A DNA stretch of 59,078 nucleotides, counting the filler, from Catajapyx aquilonaris (taxonomy: Eukaryota): NCBI GenBank assembly GCA_000934665.2. It is 2 parts of 2 records of this genome, joined end to end, with 100 filler letters (N's around TTAATTAATTAA, not from the genome) between each part and the next. Parts side by side here need not be neighbours in the genome. Positions count along the whole stretch, not along the records: positions 1 to 29,454 come from KZ539221.1; 1 more part is not named here. The stretch is one strand, 5' to 3'. The translations under genes were made by a program, and so were the position numbers. The first letter of the stretch is position 1, and each line of letters opens with the position of its first letter. Below, piece after piece: positions 1 through 12,103 of this stretch. The notes beneath the pieces are model-generated. The model did not search any database. It saw only the letters and a list, made by a program, of their open reading frames with translations, and was not told the DNA's origin.

Positions 1-256
1 CTCAAACCCACAGCTCAAATTAGCCGTGGGAATGATACGTCACAGATGGTCCCACCTGTCGTCCCAAGCGCTGTTTTGAACGATACGTCACAGAGGGTAC
101 GTTCGGAAACTCCTCATCGCTACCGGCGACGTCACTGATTTCTGTAACCGGATGGATTAGGCGGAATACGGGCACCGCGCCGAAGGCGCGCAAGTGGGGC
201 GCAGCCCCACGGGGGGGGGTCAGGGGGGGCGGAGCCCCACCGGGTCGCAAAGCGAG
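1..256 (+). mobile_element. Helitron-like non-autonomous element, 3' part (copy H1)
   Basis: ~128-256 matches 48764-48912 (GATTTCTGTAACCGGATGGATTAGGCGGAA...GCGCCGAAGGCGCG...GGGGCGCAGCCCC...GGGGCGGAGCCCC...TCGCAAAGCGAG|T); 5' part probably runs off the window. Confidence 0.7.
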
Positions 257-1612
257 TAATTATCTATAGCAGCATAGGCCATTCGGTGACACTTTTTGGC
301 ACTCGGGTCGAAATATTACGTCAATTACTGCCGCGGGTAAGCAAGTGCCTGTCCCGCTCCCTATAGTAGCCTACTTTGTTATGGGAAGACGTATTAATTT
401 GTAAGTCCCATCAACCACTGAGCAGTTAATGAATGGTACGGCGTACGGGTCTTTCCCTCACAGGTCACAAGGTAGCCAGTCATAGCAGACGAGTTATAGC
501 TCACTGCCTGCTCGCTTCCTGCCTGATTGAAGTGAGATGATAATAATAAGCACGAAAAAAAGGACCGAAGTCAACTTCAACCTCTTCTCAGGGTTTCCGC
601 ACAGCAAATGGCTAAAATTATAATGGATACGCATCAGCGGCTGTAAATGAGGTGATGACAAAGTAAATAGTCTTGCTGTGTATTAGCATTTCCTCAATTT
701 CGAATTATCCTATAGTGCGGTTTATTCGCGGGATGCCCAAAACAACAGTGTCACGGGGAGGCCGTGGAAGTTACACAATACATCCATCATTTTCATCCGG
801 TCCACCACGTTCTTGAGTTAATGCAATATGTATATGGTTTTGCAGTATGGCTCATGCTCTCCACACATATTGTTATGTAACAGGCAGAACTCACCTCTAT
901 TTCCACTAGTAATTTGGATATTCGGGGCAGGTGTAGAGATGTTATTCAAAATAAAAGTGTGTGAAGCACAATACGGCACGACACCCTTGCGCACCGAATG
1001 TACCTCTGAACCGCACACGAAGGGATGGAGCATCCCTGGTACCATATACATATTGCATTAACTCAAAAACGTGGTGGACCGGATGAAAATGATGGATGTA
1101 TTGTGTAACTTCCACGGCCTCCCCGTGACACTGTTGTTTTGGGCATCCCACGAATAAACCGCACTATAGGATAATTCGAAATTGAGGAAATGCTAATACA
1201 CTGCAAGACTATTTACTTTGTCATCACCTCATTTACAGCCGCTGATGCGTATCCATTATAATTTTAGCCATTTGCAGTTCGGAAACCCTGAGAAGAGGTT
1301 GAAGTTGACTTCTGTCCTTTTATTCGTGCTTATTATTATCATCTCACTTCAATCAGGCAGGAACAGTGAGCTATAACTCGTCTGCTATGACTGGCTACCT
1401 TGTGACCTGTGAGGGAAATACCCGTACCCCGTACCATTCATTAACTGCTTGGTTGATGGGACTTACAAATTAATACGTCTTCCCATAACAAAGTAGGCTA
1501 CTATATAGGGAGCGGGACAGGCACTTGCTTACCCGCGGCAGTAATTGACGTAATATTTCGACCCGAGTGCCAAAAAGTGTCACCGAATGGCCTATGCTGC
1601 TATAAATAATTA
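257..1612. mobile_element. Long fold-back element, ~580-bp inverted arms (257-838 / 1041-1612), ~200-bp spacer
   Basis: Arms are near-perfect reverse complements (TATAGCAGCATAGGCCATTCGG... / ...CCGAATGGCCTATGCTGCTATA); superfamily not assignable. Confidence 0.85.
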
Positions 1613-1615
1613 TGT

Positions 1616-2089
1616 AGAGTGAGAAGGAAAAGAAAAATCGAACAAGTTTTCTGTCGGTTGTTTGCGAGAGTCAAGAAATTATACTTGGTAGACATAAGAA
1701 AGGGGGTAAAAAAGACAGACACGAATAAAAACACGAAAAAGACTAAAGAAAAGAAGGAGGGGGAAGAAAAAAAAAAACGAAAATGGAAACGGGTCTCCGA
1801 CGAGGCTCGAACCTGCGACCCTTTGATCTTCTAAGACCGTGCTTTGATCTGTAAACTGCAGCGTTACCAACTGGGCCACTCGACCTAGACTTGTTTATTA
1901 CGTTCCAATTCGCCAATTATCCCCGTAGTCTTGGTTACAGGGCCACTTTTAATTGCTAATTACTCGAAAATGCTTGAGTAGTGACGGTTGTCATTTTCAC
2001 ATATTCATACCTGGCCTACAATTGACCAGCCATTTAATTTTCGGTCAGATCGGTGACATGTTGGTGCGGATCATTCCCTTGTTAGTGTG
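1616..2089 (-). mobile_element. TIR-element arm carrying a tRNA-like Pol III cassette (about 1791-1886)
   Basis: Minus strand begins CACTAACAAGGGAA (same terminus as 6210); internal A-box TGGCCCAGTTGGTAA and B-box GGTTCGAGCC followed by T-runs. Confidence 0.55.
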
Positions 2090-2371
2090 GCACAGGGTGT
2101 AGAACCGAACCAAGTGGCTAGCACAGTTTGCAATGTAAGTAATACTTCAAATCGCTTCAAATGCAATGAAACAAGAAATGTGTAAATTCAGAATATACTC
2201 GAGACCTATCTGTATGCTTATACGTCTGACAATAAGTAGTGTACAGCTATGAGTGCATTAGAAACATGGTATGGATGGTCCAAAACATTCAAATCGGTTA
2301 TCAAAACCATGTCCTTGAACATCTGACCACGCCTAGGGGCACCTGTGGATGGGTAGTGTCCATAAATGTGA
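2084..2371 (+). repeat. Dispersed direct repeat, copy of 7040-7299
   Basis: AGTGTGGCA.AGGGTGT.GAACCG...GTAGTGTCCAT.AATGTGA near-identical at both places, with small indels. Confidence 0.9.
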
Positions 2372-2634
2372 ATCAGTTTATTACATGGACCACAATAATG
2401 CTTATTAGTAATATTATTGTCTCTTGTTTGTGTGTTTGAGATGGCCAGGTGGATTGTTACTGGTCATCGCTGGTATAACCCCATCTTGGGAATATGCTGT
2501 GAGTGTAATGAATGATTGAATGAATGAATTGTCTCTTGTTATTAAATGGACGACAGTATAGGGGACTTATGGGAGTGCGCGTAAACAGCATCACTCTCCT
2601 CTTATCATTTCACTGTTAAATTCAGGAGCTTTTA
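2369..2634 (+). repeat. Dispersed direct repeat, copy of 23279-23531
   Basis: CAGTTTATTACA.GGACCACAATAATGCTTATTAGTAATATTATTGTCTCTTG...TCATTTCACTGTTAAATT shared. Confidence 0.9.
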
Positions 2635-2755
2635 AGAAAAAAATTTGACATTTCCCAGCTGCATTCCAACATGACCAGTAGGTCTCTGTGTCAGATGCCA
2701 TTACTGCTCTTGCAATGCCCGCTGTGGACTGAATTTTGACCTACGACGTAGTTAA

Positions 2756-3169
2756 AGGGACACTCCACTCAAAAAACAAGTATGGCTATAAAAATCGGGC
2801 AAATAATCCTGAATCCGAAGGTGCAATCCGTTTTTCGCTACGCGGAACGGTAATCCCAGGGCGAGAGGTCAAAGTGGGTTAATTCAAATAGTGCGCAAGA
2901 AGCTGGCCGTCCGCCAGCGACGCCCTCGGGACCTTGGGAACTGGAGGGCTGCTCCCGCCTGCCCGCGCGCTTAGGCCCATCCCAGAGCGGTGCAGCCCTC
3001 CAGTTCCCCTGTTCCCCGCGTGGCGGCGCCGCTAATTAGCAGACGACGCACTTTGACACCTCGCCCTGGGATTACCATTCCGCGTAGCGAAAAACGAATT
3101 GCACCGTCGGATTCAGAATTTTTTGCCCGATTGTTAGAGCCAAACTTGTTTTTTGAGTGGAGTGTCTCT
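2756..3169. mobile_element. Kolobok-like MITE
   Basis: TTAA|AGGGACACTCCACTCAAAAAAC ... GTTTTTTGAGTGGAGTGTCTCT|ATAA; imperfect long IR; related half-copy at about 35109-35290. Confidence 0.65.
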
Positions 3170-3409
3170 ATAATGCCACGGACCACAGGTGTCACACCAT
3201 TATCATTTCTGTTATGTCATTTACACGGCCTATTTCTTAAAGAACCAAGGTGCAGTGGGCCATCACTGTACGGTTTACCCTACAATATAATGTAGCCTCC
3301 CTGAAGCGTGATAAAATTCAGAGGTAGGGTAAGTTAGGTAAGTTGGAGTAAGTGCAGCCCGATTTTGATTAGGTGCAGTTGAAAGGCATGCTACTTCCTC
3401 AGTAATTAG

Positions 3410-4030
3410 TAGAGAACGGATTAAAAAACCCTCAAATAGGTAGGCATTTAGGCCCTGAAAACAGTCAAAATAGGCTCTTAAATAGGCACTATAAATCAGG
3501 CTGGTTCTAATTTATTGTAATTTCTACACAATGGAATTTTGCAGCACAGTAACAAACTTGCAGTTATTCCATATTTTCGTTGGTTAATCGCAGCTTTTCG
3601 GTGACAGTTAAGATCCTCCCTCACGGGGAGCCAATATGGCCGATAGAAAAGCCGTCGGGCCGAATGTAGCAGCTTATTTAACGGCTATTAATAACAGTTA
3701 TTTCGACTCGCAATAACGGTTAACGGCTTATTACCCGGGATCTTACCCATCAACCGCTTCTTCGCTCGTCACAGGTTGAAGCGGGAGAGATTCCTTGAGC
3801 GGAAAACCTGCAGAACTCTCGAAAATCTTACCGAACGGCGTGAAAAAGGTCTAATAGGCACTAATAGGTGCTAATAGGCCATTTAGTCCCAACACCCGAA
3901 GTAGGCATTTTTAGGTTCTATAAAACTACGATTTTTGAGGTCCTTGTGTTATGAAACGGATAGATATTTTGGTTCCGGTGTTCTGCCTACAAAAGAAAAA
4001 GTAGGTAAAAACCTAGAAATCCGTTCTCTA
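3410..4030. mobile_element. hAT-type non-autonomous element
   Basis: TIR TAGAGAACGGATT/AATCCGTTCTCTA; perfect 8-bp TSD GTAATTAG (3402-3409, 4031-4038); internal repeated AATAGGCA motifs. Confidence 0.85.
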
Positions 4031-4770
4031 GTAATTAGCAAGTGAGAAAAAAGTAATGGACAATATACCTTACTTTTAGTGGCTTTCAAAGTGGACTATT
4101 GCATAACATTCATCTATGTGGGTGCTCCAAAAAAAGTTTTTGCACACCAGTGTTCGAACCTAGCCTGTCGCCAGTCGCAGAATATCCATTGGTGACCATA
4201 AAAAGATGTTTTGTCACCTCCTTTGGCGACAACTTGCTTTATATTACTACAAATATTGCATTTCTGTCAATATACGTGTATAACTATAGGTTATGCACGT
4301 GCCCATGACCATGTCTAGTTAGGAGCAAGTGCTGCCCCCTTTTAAAAAATCAGCCTGATTATGCCACTAAAACGGAACAATAACAGCGTGATAGTACACC
4401 TTAATCTCTTATGTACAGTGCTGATGTGGGGCACGAGATTCAAGACTCGCCAGAAATTCTTAAAAAGATACTTACATTACATACGCGGATGAAAAGTTAA
4501 AACACCACCTTCAGCTTGGCGACCCTTTTTTTGCCTATGTTACGAAAGGAAGATTATCGTGCTACTTGTAGCAGAGTGGGAAAAGGTCGTTGTGAACGTT
4601 TATGTGATTTTCGATAGCCCCTGCCACCTTGTGCTACATATTAGAAGCAATTCTGCACTTGCCCCATTCTCGCACTTACCCCACCTTACCCTAATCACTT
4701 TTGTTCGTGCAGTTTTAGTCCCAAAGCCTGATAAATAAATAAAAATTACCAACTGCCTAGAACATATTAC

Positions 4771-5584
4771 CTGGAAGACTACTGCAGCCATAAAATGTGG
4801 ATGGGGCTGCTGTGGGGCAATAAACTCGCCTATGACCTTGTTCAAGATCTCTGAGGGTGGGAAGAAGTCTGGAAGGAGCACCTGGAGAATGGCACTGGAA
4901 GCCTCCACTTCAAATGGATATCCTCTCTTCAAGCGCTCAAACAGAACCGAGACCCGTTCCATTGACTGGATCAACTCTTCGGGGTCCTCTCCAATAAATG
5001 TGCTGGAAGTTCCAGTAAACTTGCTAGCAGTCGTGGAGGATCCCACTGACATAATTGAAGTGTTGGAGCTTCCGGGTGGTGCACTGGTGCTCCCAGCAGT
5101 GCTTCCAGGAAATGTGCTTGAGGTTCCAGGAAGCATGCTGAGACCTGCAGCCAATGCGCTGGAGAATGTACCTCCAGAAAAAGCACTGGAACCACTCATA
5201 GTCGCAGGCCTCTCAGGTGTAGTGGAGACTGCAGTGAACCCCCCAGCATACATGCAGGCCAGAAGCAACCTTAGTGCTGGAAGGGCAACTGCTGGAGCTG
5301 GGCATCGAAGCCTCTCCAGTGCCAGTTTGGTAACTTGATCAGCCATCTTTCCTGTGACTGACTTGGAGGTAACTAGTCTTTCCAATCCCTTCAGCAGGGA
5401 TATATATATAGCACTGGAAGGTTGCTGGAGAGGCGTGGATGGAGACACTGACGCAAGCTGAAGCACTGTCTGCAGGATAGGTGGCGCAAATTCTGTCTCT
5501 GCCATCTCCTCTTCAAAATGCTCCAGGATGAAGAAGAGCAATGACCAAAGAGACAGTAAATGCCACTCACTCTGGCATGCAAGA
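4771..5584 (-). CDS. htt: Huntingtin orthologue exon (C-HEAT region)
   Basis: SMERVSVLFERLKRGYPFEV...LPDFFPPSEILNKVIGEFIAPQQPHPHFMAAVVFQ matches recalled HTT C-terminus (MERVSVLFDRIRKGFP...FFPPQDIMNKVIGEF); acceptor TTCTCCAG, donor GTAATA; phase 2 matches upstream exon. Confidence 0.93.
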
Positions 5585-5872
5585 CTGGAGAAGTAGAAAA
5601 GCAGAAATAATGTGATCATCAGGTATATGAAACCATTTCTCAATAACTTGTATCTGGGTCAATAGTGAAAAAAAGGTGCAATTTCATTTCCCCAAAAAAT
5701 AAAATTTAAAAATGTCCTTAAAAAATTTTTTTTTTTAAATAAAAATAGTTAGTACCTCTGGTGTTCCCACAAAAATTACAGCCGAGTTCATAAACTTATA
5801 TTTCACCTTTTTTAAAAATAAATTATAAAAATGCTGCATCTACAGCTGTATACACACAGTTAAGAATACATA

Positions 5873-7013
5873 AGGCGTATTCGGCAATTCAGATTATTCT
5901 GAGATGGGTCACGTGATATCTGAGTTGTTAGCCCTACCCCTCAGAAGATTATTGCCGAACGGCTGAACTGAGAGACCCCCCTACCCGCCTGTGCTGCATC
6001 CCAGTGATATGCCAATGTTCGGGTATTTTGGTACCGTATTTCGGACGCTTGCGGGTAATGGTGCGGGTAAAATGAAAATGCGGGTAAAATCGGGTATTTT
6101 CAGGTCCTCCCGCGCGGTTTTTGGTCATTTTGCATTGGCAACACTGCTGCATCCACAACAATAATTTGTTTGTTAATTGTTTCTCAGCAAGTAAGTCAGG
6201 TCAGGAGTACACTAACAAGGGAACGGTCAGGGTCGGGAACCTCCGATTTGGTTGAAACTGACGTGAGGGGTCATTCATGTGCGATAGACACAGTGGTGAA
6301 AGTGTTAGCTCGCAACGTCCAGCCGTTTCCGAGATATGAGCGACAGTAACATCCGAATTTTGGCCGCGCGCATTTGCCGGGAGCCGCTCTGCCAGCTCCA
6401 AATCCCTTCTACCTTGATTCCCCCCACTTTTTTCGATCCCACACAACCATCCCCCACTCCCCCACCAACATTTTCGTTTTCCATAGTTTCTTTTCTCCGG
6501 TATTTATTATGAGTTTTCCCCATTACCCAATTTTAGGTATAGAAGCTCTTTATTCGCAGTTGACAGAAGCGAAAGAAAGCAGCTTGATGGTCTCATAATA
6601 AATACCGGAGCAAAGAAACTATGGAAAACGAAAATGTTGGTGGGGGAGTGGGGGATGGTGGTGTGGGATCGAAAAAAGTGGGGGGAATCAAGGTAGAAGG
6701 GATTTGGAGCTGGCAGAGCGGCTCCCGGCAAATGCGCGCGGCCAAAATTCGGATGTTACTGTCGCTCATATCTCGGAAACGGCTGGACGTTGCGAGCTAA
6801 CACTTTCACCACTGTGTCTATCGCACATGAATGACCCCTCACGCCAGTTTCAACCAAATCGGAGGTTCCCGACCCTGACCGTTCCCTTGTAAGTTCCTGA
6901 GCTTGGGAAGTCAGGTAGGGCGCATGCGCACTTACTTCAGGGGGCGTGGCACCTGATTTGTCGAACATCCAAACAGCCCAGGAAGTCAGATTCCTGAATT
7001 GCCGAATACGCCT
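5873..7013. mobile_element. TIR element hosting a nested fold-back
   Basis: 20-bp TIR AGGCGTATTCGGCAATTCAG / CTGAATTGCCGAATACGCCT. Confidence 0.7.
6211..6894. mobile_element. Fold-back MITE, ~300-bp arms, nested in 5873-7013
   Basis: Arms 6211-6513 / 6592-6894 near-identical (produce mirrored ORFs on both strands). Confidence 0.85.
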
Positions 7014-9333
7014 ATAGTCTACTTGACCTTGACGAACTAAGTGTGGCATAGGGTGTCGAACCGTACGAAGTGGCTAGCACAGTTTGCAATGTAAGTAATA
7101 CTTCAAATCGCTTCAAATGCAATGAAACAAGAAATGTGTAAATTCAGAATATACATCTGACAATAAGTAAGCTTACTGTACAGCTATGAGTGCATTAGAA
7201 ACATGGTCCAAAACATTCAAATCGGTTATCAAAACCATGTCCTTGAACATCTGAACACGCCTAGGGGCACCTGTGGATGGGTAGTGTCCATTAATGTGAC
7301 AAACCGCCTGTTAATTCCACGTAAAACGTGGTAAGTTTCGGTTACAACCTTTTAGTTCAAATGAGTAAGCTCTTTGTACCTAATAGCAACAAGTACTTGA
7401 GCAAAAATTGAAATTTGAACTGCTTACCTACATTTACCAGGTGCCACCGACGTGACGCACTGATCTCGACACTTCACTGACGTTTCGAGCAGAATTACAC
7501 GCCTTCCAGCAACCAAACGAACAGGTTTTTGATTCAGCGTCTCAATATGACTGCATCAGCAAGCAAAGAGAGCACATTTCTGCTTTCTGGATGATTTTAT
7601 AACAGTTTTTGTTTTTGTCTACAGATGTGACTAGAAACCTTGGGACAAATATCCTCTTGCAATAAAATCGATGCAATTTGGAACTTCAGGACAAAGAATG
7701 CCTTTGGCCGGAATCGTGGTGGCTCGCGTAAGTCTGCAGGGGCATAAATTGTGACCTAAGTCCCATACGGACGACGGCCGCCACCGTGGTGAAAAGTTAC
7801 GGGAGGAGCGCGATTGAAATCATCCTGCAAATCCACGGGACGTCTCGAGATTCCATAGGACTTATGGGAGTGTTGGCCCTGGGCTTTTTCAGGCCCCCAG
7901 GGAGTTTTGGTGGGGCAGGGTTTGCTTCAGGTTGCGAGGGAGAGTGCCCGGGGGAGGCCCGCGGCTTGGGGCGGCCCGGGGCCTCTTTGGATGTGACTTC
8001 CGTCAGGTCGGATTTTTCATCGCCTCACCAACCAAATGCAATGAAATCGTGTGGAGTGAGGACAGGGACGGATCGTGGCTGTGGGCGGACCGCGGCTAGG
8101 GGCGGCCCCGGGGCGGCCCGGGGCCACTTTGAATGTGCGTTCTCAGTTCCGTAATCTCGGATTAATCATCACATCCTAACCGAATGCAATGCAATGGTGT
8201 GGTGTGACTGGTGTGCACCCAGGGGCAGCCCGAGGGCCAGTTTGGATGCTCATTGTATAGTCGGGAAGGATTTGCACCGCCCGCCGGCCACATGGTTCAC
8301 ATTGCGCACCTAAAGACCTCATGGAAAACAATTACTGCGCCTATCACCCTATGCAACATGATGGATTTTCAAAAGTAGTGGTGCAACAATCACAACTGCC
8401 CGCTGCTCATGATTATCCTAGGGCCCTTCGCCGATGATTGCCACTCAACCCCCCAACCTCACAGAGAAAACCCCACCCCTTGCCCCCACCTACACACACA
8501 CACACACACACACCCAACCCGCACGAGAAGCCTGTTCCGGGATTGGCTGTTAGAGCTCATTGCGTCACGGATACCAGGTTTTGTAAGTGATATCTGGGGG
8601 GTTAGTCCGGTCGATTAAAGAGACGCTAGAGGAGGTCACCACGATGGACTTCTTTAAATATACGGCCCCTTTATTGGCCGCCATGTTTACAGGCGTGACG
8701 TCACTTGCAGGAGCATACATGCGCGAGCCACCACGATTCCGGCCTTTACCTTCAGTCGGCCTATTAATTATTAATTTAATAATTAGCGCTCTACCTTATC
8801 CCCGTCGCCGTGGTTACGGAACTGGCAGTCGGCGCGGCGCTGCCAGATCGTCGCGTTCTTCCTGCGAGTTCTTATTGTTCATGGAGGGGGGTATTTTTCA
8901 TCCCAAAGTTTGGCCAAACCAAGACTGCCAGACTCGTGCCCTTTCACACACTTACGGTAATTCGGCGTAAAAACCTTGTCATGGGTTCGAATCTCACAGG
9001 TACCGACATGGAAAGGAGTGATTGCGGATCAAAATCAAAAACTGTACCTGGCCGCGGCGGCCGCAAGTATCGCCCCAGGAGAAAAATAAACGCACCATCT
9101 CAAAGTGCGACTCTTTCGCGTCCAGATACTCCAGTTTCATTCCGATACCTCCATATTTGCGACCGTGACAGCGAGAGGAAGAAGTGTCAAACCCACGGGC
9201 CGGGCCGCGACGGGCTCCCCGCAACAATGGATCGCGTAGCCTAGAGCGCGCTCTTAAACAGTAATAAAACTTGGCCATTGACTTATTTTTCTGATGTTAT
9301 TTAATTTGTGACAGAATTAAAATCTAAACTCAC

Positions 9334-9566
9334 ACAACTCCCTGACCGAGCTGCCTCTGAATGTAGTCAATGGCCAATGGAAGTAGTTGATGGGCAGTTG
9401 TGGCAGCCCCTTCCTCAGATGGGATTGCCATTTGACCACCTCGGGTTCCAGCCTGTAGCAACAAGAGCAGACTGTGGACTCCTGACAGGCGAATAGGAAC
9501 GTGTGAACTTCGAAGGGATGACTCTAGGAGTCGTCTCCATTGCTCACCACTTGAAGAGTCAACCTC
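9334..9566 (-). CDS. htt: Huntingtin exon (not in ORF track)
   Basis: Hand translation EVDSSSGEQWRRLLESSLRSSHVPIRLSGVHSLL...TAHQLLPLAIDYIQRQL resembles HTT [21 protein letters not shown]...TAKQLIPVISDYL; TTTTCAG acceptor (phase 0), GTGAGT donor (phase 2). Confidence 0.9.
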
Positions 9567-9692
9567 CTGAAAATGATTACATAAGGGTTAGTCAATAATG
9601 TCTTTTCTTCGAAAGGTTAGTTTCTGCGAAGGTAGAGGCATGGTAGTTATAATGACATTAAAATCCCTTCAAAAAAGGTTGAGCATACTCAC

Positions 9693-10687
9693 TGTCCCTA
9701 ATACAGCCACAGCTTTTCCAACTCCAGCCACCAAGTAAACACTGATCAAGTCATCCTCAGGTGGATGAGTCCTTCTAACCTCCAGTAGCGTGTCCAGTAG
9801 CCACTTGAACTGTGCCCTCTCAGTGAAAAGGTCAGACAGAGCTAGAGCAGACCTAGCACTCTCCAACACTAGAGCTAATGGAGTTGACTTTTGCTCTCCA
9901 AGCCATTGGGAGTAAAGATCAAGCAAAAAATGAAGGCAGGAATTGATGTCGAGGTTGCTTGAGACTTCTGCAGCATTACGCAGATGTTCCAATGAAAGTT
10001 GTCCCAGACCATATTTTCCTGGGCAACCTGTCCTTTCTAGATTTGCAGCAAAAAACATGGCCTCAATATCTGGAAGCATCATCTGAAGTGTCTGATTTGC
10101 CTTTTCCAGTCGATGTCCACGTTCAGTGTCTGAAAACTTAGGCCTCCTGTCCCGACTTACATGCTGAAATTGACCACTATTTGGGTCTCCAGGGCAAGGC
10201 ACAATTAATGTTTGGAGAAGAAGAGTGGTAAGTGCACGCACTGAGAGACAGCTGCTCTGCACAAACATGGCTTCCTCTTCTGGTGGGTGTTCATCAAGTG
10301 CCCTAGAAGCATTCAAAACGCCTAACAGCGCCATCCAGGTCTCCTCAAACTGATGCCTACTTGTCCAGCCTAGCAGTCCAACTCTGTACACAAACTGCTG
10401 GAGAATTTCCACCTCTTGAAGATGTTCCAATGGGACTGGAGGAATAGAAGTTCCATTTATTTCTGGACTCCAGCCCATTTTCCAGACAGCAGGAGGAGTG
10501 TAGACAAAGGAGTTGACCAACGGTGTTCTTGATATAGATACCATGAGATGTTGAAGTGGCTTGGAGAAGGAGAGAGGCACTTCTCTCCAGCACTGGTCTG
10601 ATTCGAGCCATGCAATCAAAGAGGCCATAGACAGGCAGGCATGGGCTAGGTGACGCTGGTCTGGCTTGTCCAGGAGGCTTGCTAACA
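9693..10687 (-). CDS. htt: Huntingtin exon
   Basis: SISRTPLVNSF..TPPAVWKMGWSP, LGWTSRHQFEETWMALLGVL, LSDLFTERAQF, HPPEDD are hallmark HTT motifs; GTCCAG acceptor (phase 1), GTGAGT donor (phase 0). Confidence 0.95.
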
Positions 10688-10869
10688 CTGGACAGAGTAG
10701 CATAAATGCAGCATGAAAAACTCAAGCGTGTACCACAATTACTAACTGAGATTAGCCCACATATTTCAAGTCTGCTTTATGTAATGCAAAAAGGACGTGC
10801 AAGTATTACAATAACTTATGGATGTTCATGATTGAGAATAAATGCAGAATATGTGTTAAAAACAAATTA

Positions 10870-11454
10870 CAGTAAAACTTCTATAAGTCGAATCTCCATG
10901 GGACAGGGAAAAACCTTCGAGTTGTAGAAGATTCGAGTTAGAGAAGTTTGGCTTTTTTTAAAAGCCCAGAACTCTATAAGGAAGCCTACCTTCATATCCC
11001 GAGACGAAAGGTGTTCAAAACTTAAAAATAACTGTCACTATCACATTGCAATGTTCCTCGTTGTTTTGTTGAAAAAAAATCTCCGTTATGGACGTTAGCC
11101 TACTCTTAGATTCAAGGATTCAATTGTCACAATCGAGTCAAACACTTCTTTCGGTGCGTCTGGTAGACGGGGACCAGGAAATTGAGCCTTCCTGTACATG
11201 TGGCCTACTCTCGACCCTTCGGCTGGGAAATGAGACAATTTTCCGTACTCGCCAACATGAACTTGGACTTAGGGAGACTGAAAATGCATTGACATCCCAT
11301 CGAAAAGCCCTGCCTGCACTTCGAGTTATGGAGAACTTCGAGTTATAGAAATTCGAGTTAGGGAAGTTTATTTCCTATTATTTTACATTGTGACCAACCA
11401 AGCTCGTCATTTTCTTAGACTTATTGAGAACTTCGACTTATAGAAGTTTTACTG
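10870..11454. mobile_element. pogo/Tigger-like MITE
   Basis: TA|CAGTAAAACTTCTATAAGTCGAA ... TTCGACTTATAGAAGTTTTACTG|TA; subterminal TTCGAGTTA repeats. Confidence 0.85.
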
Positions 11455-11719
11455 TATGCACCGAAGCGTAGTTGGGGCCAACACTGCATTCCAAGAATGA
11501 TTCACATCCTGCTTACCGGAGGGGGACCTGAGCTTATTGGCAGTGTTTCATGAACTTGCAGATATCTCAAGTTATATTCTAAAATGAAGCTAGCCTTCTG
11601 GCGACTTCGAAAAATAGACAAACAACGGCTGACAAGCTGCTATTGCGGGCTCTTGAAATGAAACCTTGGTGAAGCAAGCACAATTTAGCCGCAATTGCAC
11701 ATCGGTGCACACATATATA

Positions 11720-12041
11720 CAGGGTGTTTCAACTTTTTTGTGCGAACAGTTATCGGAAAATTGCACATAGCTTCTACTTTGTAAGCAGTGACTTGCAACC
11801 GGTGATTTGTCGGAGGAATGGGGAAACAGAGGATCACACATCCGATGGCATGTGTGACCCTCATTTTTGTAAGCTTGACCCTCAATTTTCAGTGGGCAGC
11901 ACTATGCCACTTCAACCTACGATTCGCAGGGAATGTTCCCCGTTCCTCCGAAAAATCACCGTTTGCAAGTCACTGCTTACAAAGTAGCAGCTACGTGCAA
12001 TTTTCCGATAGCTGTTCGGACAAAAAAGTTGAAACACCCTG
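11720..12041. mobile_element. mariner-like MITE
   Basis: TA|CAGGGTGTTTCAACTTTTTTGT ... ACAAAAAAGTTGAAACACCCTG|TA. Confidence 0.85.
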
Positions 12042-12103
12042 TATATTTAAGTGTAAAAAAATAAATGGATATTCGCCCTTCTTCCTAAATTGTTTTTAAT
12101 AGT

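Noticed and set aside
6201..6892. Identical ORFs on both strands (also 14291/15026, 37233/38069, 37480/37663)
   Set aside because: By-products of inverted-repeat arms; no protein motifs
7300..9260. GC-rich intronic block with several 100-140 aa ORFs
   Set aside because: No recognisable domain; probably TE remnants (weak TTAA-flanked IR at about 8619-9254) but termini not convincing
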